Origin: an uncultured delta proteobacterium
GTDB lineage: Bacteria > Desulfobacterota > Desulfuromonadia > Geobacterales > DSM-12255
NCBI GenBank assembly: GCA_963787125.1
Contig: CAWBBV010000006.1
Location: 1-64,000, forward strand
DNA: 64,000 bases
Direction: 5' to 3'
Position 1 is the stretch's first letter; each line of letters starts with the position of its first letter. Made by a program: the position numbers and the translations under genes. This document shows, in pieces, positions 59,123-64,000 of the stretch. The notes below the pieces were generated by a model, which did not search any database, was not told the origin of the DNA, and saw nothing but the letters and a program-made list of their open reading frames with translations.

Positions 59123-59743
59123 TTACTTCTTCTTTGCCGTTTTTGCCGGTTTTACTGCAATTGCCAATGTCTCGGTAACGGTAATAACCACTTCGTCGCC
59201 GACCTTTACATTATCAAGATTTTTCTTGTTTTCGATCTTGACTACCTTGAATTTCCCGTCAGCCATCTTCAGGGTAGCGGTTGTTTTGTTCGGGCTGATC
59301 GACTCGACAGTGGCCGTGATGGTAACCTGAGCGCGAGCGATACCTGACGGCTTTTCACCTGGCTTGGCAAGGCGTTCTGCGCCGAGTGCTGCCGTGTTTT
59401 CCTTCGGTGCTTCGCCAGCTTTGTATACTTTCACGGCTATCGACTCGTAATAGGTAATATTAACCGTATCACCAACCTTGACCTGAGCAAGATTTTTGAC
59501 CTGATCGCCGGCCTTGATGTCGACGATATTGCCTTCAGGCCCCTTGACCGTAACTATGCGGTTTTCAAGGTCAACTGCCTCTACCGTTGCAGTCACCTGA
59601 GTAGTTCTCTCTTTTTTTACGGAAGGTTTTTTGCCTTCTGCAGCTTTCTTTGTTTCTGCGACCGGTTTTGCATCTTCGGCAATCGATACAGCCGCAAGTG
59701 ACAGGGTAAAAAGGGATGCAGCAACAACAATCAGTTTCTTCAT
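59123..59743 (-). CDS. Periplasmic protein with two OB-fold-like repeats
   Basis: Signal peptide; duplicated TATVE...NL..VKVGD.V.IT..E. Confidence 0.7.
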   Translation of the reverse strand: MKKLIVVAASLFTLSLAAVSIAEDAKPVAETKKAAEGKKPSVKKERTTQVTATVEAVDLENRIVTVKGPEGNIVDIKAGDQVKNLAQVKVGDTVNITYYESIAVKVYKAGEAPKENTAALGAERLAKPGEKPSGIARAQVTITATVESISPNKTTATLKMADGKFKVVKIENKKNLDNVKVGDEVVITVTETLAIAVKPAKTAKKK

Positions 59744-59823
59744 ATTCAGACTTCTCCTTTGGGGGTTATTGGGTACAGTCGTGCAGACTTGTCCCGGTTG
59801 AAAATAAATTACGTACGTTTTTG

Positions 59824-61689
59824 TTACTTCGGCAGAGAACGGGGTTGAGTCATATTCTCCGGTTTGAGGAGATCGTCAAGCGCGTCCTTGGTCAACCACC
59901 CTTTTTTCAGAACCAGATCATAAACGCTGCCATCAGTTTCCAGCGCCTCTTTGGCAATGGCCGCTGACTTTTCATAGCCAAGCACCGGATTGAGTGCCGT
60001 CACAAGACCGATACTGTTCTGCACCATTTCAAGGCAACGTTTCTCATTGGCCTTAATGCCGACGATGCAGCGACTGGTCAGAGTAAGGCACGCGTTTTTG
60101 AGGATCATCAGGCCGTGGAGCAGACAGTATGCCATGATCGGCTCAGCCATATTCAGTTCAAGTTCTCCTGCCTCTCCGGCCATGGCAACAGTCACATCAT
60201 AGCCGATGATTGTGAAGCAGACCTGGCTGACCATCTCCGGTATAACCGGATTGACCTTGCCCGGCATAATAGATGAACCTGGTTGCATTGCCGGGAGGCG
60301 GATTTCATACAGACCGCAGCGTGGGCCTGAACCCATCCAGCGCAGATCGTTGCAGATCTTGGAGAGCTGCACCGCTGCCCGCTTCATATTGGATGACATC
60401 TGGACAAAACCGCCGGCATCCTGAGTTCCCTGGACCATATTACCGGCTTTGGTGACCTGCAACCCGCAGACTGCCGCCAGTTTTTTAGTGACAAGTTCGG
60501 CGTACCCCGGAGGGGCATTAATCCCCGTACCGATGGCAGTAGCCCCCATATTGATCTCCAGAAGCTCATCCGCGCCGCGCTTCATACTGGCCATGGCGCC
60601 TTCGATCATTTTGGCGTAAGCACCAAATTCCTGTCCAAGGGTGATCGGCACAGCGTCCTGATTCTCGGTCCGACCCATCTTCAGCACAGTGGCAAACTCC
60701 TGCTCCTTTGCCAAGAGTGCTTCCTGAAGCTCGCCAAGCGCACCCAGGGTGTCCTTGATGGAGAAGTAGACGGCCAGCTTAATGGCAGTCGGATAGGCAT
60801 CGTTCGTCGACTGGGAGCAGTTGACATCATCATTGGGATGGAGAAACTTGTACTCGCCTTTGCTGTGGCCCATAATCTCCAGTGCCCGGTTAGCAATGAC
60901 TTCGTTGGCATTCATATTGGTAGAGGTTCCGGCACCACCCTGAATCATATCAACGACAAACTGGTCGTGCAGCTTGCCGGCAAGGATCTCATCGCAAGCA
61001 GCGCAGATGGCTTCCATCTTTTCCTTTGCCAGTACACCCAGTTCACAATTGGCCTGGGCAGAGCCCTTTTTAACCATGGCAAGAGCATCGACAAAATGGG
61101 CAAAATTCTTCAGCGGCATTCCGGAGATTGGAAAATTCTCAACGCTGCGCAGCGTCTGAACACCGAAATACGCTGAAAGCGGCACATCGCGCTCACCCAG
61201 CAGGTCGTGCTCACGGCGCACGGCGGTGGTCAGGGCGCCAGGACCGGACTGGCCGGCCAGCTGTTCGGCGGCGAAGCGCAGCCGTTCTGCCTGCCGCTGG
61301 GCCACCCTGGCGACAAGACGATAGAAGATGCCGGGATCGTTCTGCTGCACCGACTCCCAGACTGAACGCGGCACCTGCCAGACGGTCGCCCCGTTACGGG
61401 TGAAGGCGCTGGTGGAATGAGGAGTTTCGTCGAGGAGGGCCCCTTCACTGATCATAGCCCCCATGGCCAGAGTGGAAAGATGGGTGGTGGAACCGTGCAG
61501 GCCGCGAACGATCTTGACTTCCCCCGCCTCGATGATTCCGGCCCAAAGACGTGGTGAAGATTCATGGAAAAGGTATTCACCGGCGGCGTAGATTTTGCGC
61601 TCCCCCTTGCCGAAAACGAAAATCAGATCATTCTGGGAAATTCCGGTACTGGCTGCAGCAGTTACAAGCAATTGCTCAAGAATCGACAT
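59824..61689 (-). CDS. aspA: Aspartate ammonia-lyase with an N-terminal cNMP-binding-like domain
   Basis: GGAGTSTNMN, SQSTND, GSSIMPGKVNP; N-terminal GEYLFHE...G.V.I...G..ISEGALL. Confidence 0.93.
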   Translation of the reverse strand: MSILEQLLVTAAASTGISQNDLIFVFGKGERKIYAAGEYLFHESSPRLWAGIIEAGEVKIVRGLHGSTTHLSTLAMGAMISEGALLDETPHSTSAFTRNGATVWQVPRSVWESVQQNDPGIFYRLVARVAQRQAERLRFAAEQLAGQSGPGALTTAVRREHDLLGERDVPLSAYFGVQTLRSVENFPISGMPLKNFAHFVDALAMVKKGSAQANCELGVLAKEKMEAICAACDEILAGKLHDQFVVDMIQGGAGTSTNMNANEVIANRALEIMGHSKGEYKFLHPNDDVNCSQSTNDAYPTAIKLAVYFSIKDTLGALGELQEALLAKEQEFATVLKMGRTENQDAVPITLGQEFGAYAKMIEGAMASMKRGADELLEINMGATAIGTGINAPPGYAELVTKKLAAVCGLQVTKAGNMVQGTQDAGGFVQMSSNMKRAAVQLSKICNDLRWMGSGPRCGLYEIRLPAMQPGSSIMPGKVNPVIPEMVSQVCFTIIGYDVTVAMAGEAGELELNMAEPIMAYCLLHGLMILKNACLTLTSRCIVGIKANEKRCLEMVQNSIGLVTALNPVLGYEKSAAIAKEALETDGSVYDLVLKKGWLTKDALDDLLKPENMTQPRSLPK

Positions 61690-61738
61690 GTTGTTTCTCC
61701 TTTATTCAGAAGTTTTAACCGGATTACCCGGTTTGTGG

Positions 61739-63043
61739 TCACAGGAATATGCCGCCGAACACGAAGCCCAGGGCCACCGCAAAGGCAATAGTACAGGTTC
61801 CGGGGATCAGGAACGGGTGGTCAAAGACGTATTTGCCCACCCTGGTCGAACCGGTGTCGTCGAATTCGACGGCAGCGATCAGGGACGGGTAGGTCGGCAG
61901 CACGAACAGTGCGCTGACTGCGGAAAAGGCGGCGATGGCCGCGACCGGACTGACTCCGAGAGCCAGCGCCGCCGGCATCAGCGCCTTGGTGGTCGCCGCC
62001 TGGGAATAGAGCAGCATGGCGGCAAAGAAAAGGACCACGGCCAGCATCCAGGGGTACGAAGAGAGCAGGTTGGCGGCAAAGACGTTGATCTCCTTCATAT
62101 GCGCCGCCACAAAGGTCGTGCCGAGCCAGGCGACCCCCAGTACGCAGATGCAGGCGCTCATCCCCGATTTGAAGGTCGCCGCGTTGAGGATATTCTTGGC
62201 GTCGACCTTGCAGAACAGGCAGATCAGGGTGGCTGCGCCAAGCATGAAGGAGATGATCGCATCGTCCCGGGTAAGAACCGGTTTCGTGATGAGGGCAAAC
62301 GTCGGGCTGATGGCCAGGGCGTAAAACACCACACCAAATAGACAGATGGCGAAGATCAGCACGGACCGCTTGGCTTCGGAAGTAATCTCCTTCTCCCCGT
62401 CAGAAGAAGCCTTCATATTGACCTGGCCCTTGGCAAGACGCTCCTGAAAGATCGGATCGTCCTTCAACTCCTTACCCATGAAGTTAGCCACGACTGCGCC
62501 GAGCATGCACGCTATAAAAGTGCTCGGAATCGCCACCATCAGCAGCTTGACGTAATCGACCCCGTATTTTTCCAGCTCCTTGGAAAAGAAAACCACGGCA
62601 GCCGAAATCGGTGACGCAGTGACAGCGATCTGAGAGGCAACGGTGGCGATGGAGAGCGGCCGTGACGGTCTGATGCCGTTCAGTTTGGCTACTTCTGCAA
62701 TCACCGGCAGGGTCGAAAAGGCCGTGTGACCCGTTCCGGCGAACAGGGTCATGGTATAGGTGACCATCGGCGCAAGAAACGTGATATACTTCGGATTCTT
62801 TTTCAGTATTTTGGTGGCGATGTGAACCAGATAGTCGAGCCCGCCTGCCACCTGCATCGAGGCGATGGCGGCAATAACCCCCATGATGATGAGAATGACG
62901 TCTGTCGGGATGGCGCCCGGTTTGACACCGAACAGCCCCAGGACCAGCACGCCGAAGCCACCGGCGAAACCGATGCCGATGCTCCCCAGGCGCGCCCCCA
63001 GCCAGATGAAGAACAGCACGATCAGCAATTCAACGATCCACAT
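61739..63043 (-). CDS. Anaerobic C4-dicarboxylate transporter (DcuA/DcuB family)
   Basis: GARLGSIGIG, GTGH, RPSRPLS, SPISAA, DDTGSTRVG, HPFLIPG. Confidence 0.93.
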   Translation of the reverse strand: MWIVELLIVLFFIWLGARLGSIGIGFAGGFGVLVLGLFGVKPGAIPTDVILIIMGVIAAIASMQVAGGLDYLVHIATKILKKNPKYITFLAPMVTYTMTLFAGTGHTAFSTLPVIAEVAKLNGIRPSRPLSIATVASQIAVTASPISAAVVFFSKELEKYGVDYVKLLMVAIPSTFIACMLGAVVANFMGKELKDDPIFQERLAKGQVNMKASSDGEKEITSEAKRSVLIFAICLFGVVFYALAISPTFALITKPVLTRDDAIISFMLGAATLICLFCKVDAKNILNAATFKSGMSACICVLGVAWLGTTFVAAHMKEINVFAANLLSSYPWMLAVVLFFAAMLLYSQAATTKALMPAALALGVSPVAAIAAFSAVSALFVLPTYPSLIAAVEFDDTGSTRVGKYVFDHPFLIPGTCTIAFAVALGFVFGGIFL

Positions 63044-63109
63044 GAGCTCTCTCCTTTATCGTTCCGCAGCGTAACTTGGAATAGTCTTGTTGTTGAGACA
63101 GGCTCATAT

Positions 63110-63619
63110 TCATGGCAGTCGGAAATGCCCGCCGAGATTCCTGGTCTGGCCGGTCACGCTGATAACACCCTCGGAATCAGTCATTGTGGTAATCGATGCC
63201 CAGTTGAAGGAAAGGTCGCCGCTAATGCCGGCCAAACTGCCGTTGCCACCGATAATGGTGCCGGTAACCTGGCTCCCCTGCTGCAGCTTGTCGCTCTGCA
63301 AAGTAATGTAAATCTCCGGCCCGGCAAGATCCTTCCAGACACAGCGACCGACAAGTCCGGTCACCGAATCGGCAAGACCGACGCATTCCGACCAGTAATC
63401 CTTCTTTTTGCCAAGGGCCGTCTGCAGACTTACATGGCCAGCGAGCTTAAAGGTGAAAACCTGCCGTCCGTCCTCAAAGGGGAACGACGTCCGGGTGCCG
63501 TTGGCAATCCAGGCTCCCTTGAATTCACCTGATTCAGCCGCCTGGCTTTCGGCCAAGAATGAAGTCGCGAGCAGTAGCACCCCGCATACAAAGATTCGTG
63601 ACATCAAGCTACCGTTCAT
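63110..63619 (-). CDS. Exported beta-barrel protein, paralog of 54020..54616
   Basis: Signal peptide; EFKGAWIANGTR; TIIGGNGSLAGISG. Confidence 0.65.
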   Translation of the reverse strand: MNGSLMSRIFVCGVLLLATSFLAESQAAESGEFKGAWIANGTRTSFPFEDGRQVFTFKLAGHVSLQTALGKKKDYWSECVGLADSVTGLVGRCVWKDLAGPEIYITLQSDKLQQGSQVTGTIIGGNGSLAGISGDLSFNWASITTMTDSEGVISVTGQTRNLGGHFRLP

Positions 63620-63692
63620 GGCGTCTCCTTTAGTCCGTTTTCAAGTTTTATGAATCAGAAAGAGTGACTCCGCTGTGCCGCCCAGGCTGTAG

Positions 63693-64000
63693 CTACTCGA
63701 CTTTCTTCCAGCCACTGCCAGGATTAAAGAGTTTTATGGAGGCAGCGACTTTACCGCTGTTCTTCCCCAGGTCTTTCTGATAAACGATGCCGTTCTGGTT
63801 GACGATAAAGGTCATGACCCCGGACGCTCCATACTGAGCAGGATAAGCCACCATGGCATAACCGAGGATCATTTTACCGTTCACCAGGTAATCGAAGGCT
63901 CCGCCTTCAGCGTCCTTACCCTGCCCTTTGAGTATTTTGAAGTAATAACCATGGAGCGCGGTATTCCCCTTTGAGTACCCTTCTTTGGCAGCCTTTGCCG
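63693..64000 (-). CDS. DUF2950-family protein, C-terminal part (truncated by window end)
   Basis: HGYYFKILKGQG..A.GGA.DY.VNGKMI.G.A.VAYPA.YG.SGVMTF.VN..G.VYQKDLG. Confidence 0.85.
   Translation of the reverse strand, partial: AKAAKEGYSKGNTALHGYYFKILKGQGKDAEGGAFDYLVNGKMILGYAMVAYPAQYGASGVMTFIVNQNGIVYQKDLGKNSGKVAASIKLFNPGSGWKKVE

Overview
Gene-dense bacterial chromosomal segment, probably from an anaerobic deltaproteobacterium of the Geobacteraceae/Desulfobacterota type (inferred from gene content only). Family calls come from motif recognition, not database searches. The left half (1-31 kb, mostly + strand) lies between two diverged, inward-facing IS1380-family elements. It holds a large signalling locus: a transmitter-less dCache-GAF-hemerythrin-PocR sensor, a giant hybrid kinase, a CheB-CheR fusion, a second transmitter-less sensor, a REC-class III nucleotide cyclase with non-canonical base-specifying residues, a tandem-cNMP patatin phospholipase, an Apyc1-like MBL phosphodiesterase, a frameshifted LplT-Aas lysophospholipid repair gene, and a hydrolase/MlaA pair. 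This operon is punctuated by ~165-bp imperfect palindromes built of ~10-nt GAT-ended subunits. These flank a GxxExxY nuclease gene, and one copy is split at its loop by two AT-rich cargo genes (GIY-YIG-like and DUF6884-like). The right half (mostly - strand) carries slp, an HD-CBS-HEPN-like gene, nhaA, an RND pump, ppk1/ppk2 around an orphan ParA/RHH pair, SulP, DASS and Dcu transporters, VWA-OmpA, a split-Soret-type cytochrome, pfkA and a cNMP-domain-fused aspartase. The two best candidates for undescribed systems are (1) the GxxExxY palindrome element that captures cargo in its loop and (2) a phosphorelay-controlled cNMP writer/reader/eraser circuit driving phospholipid remodelling. No rRNA, tRNA or CRISPR array was seen.
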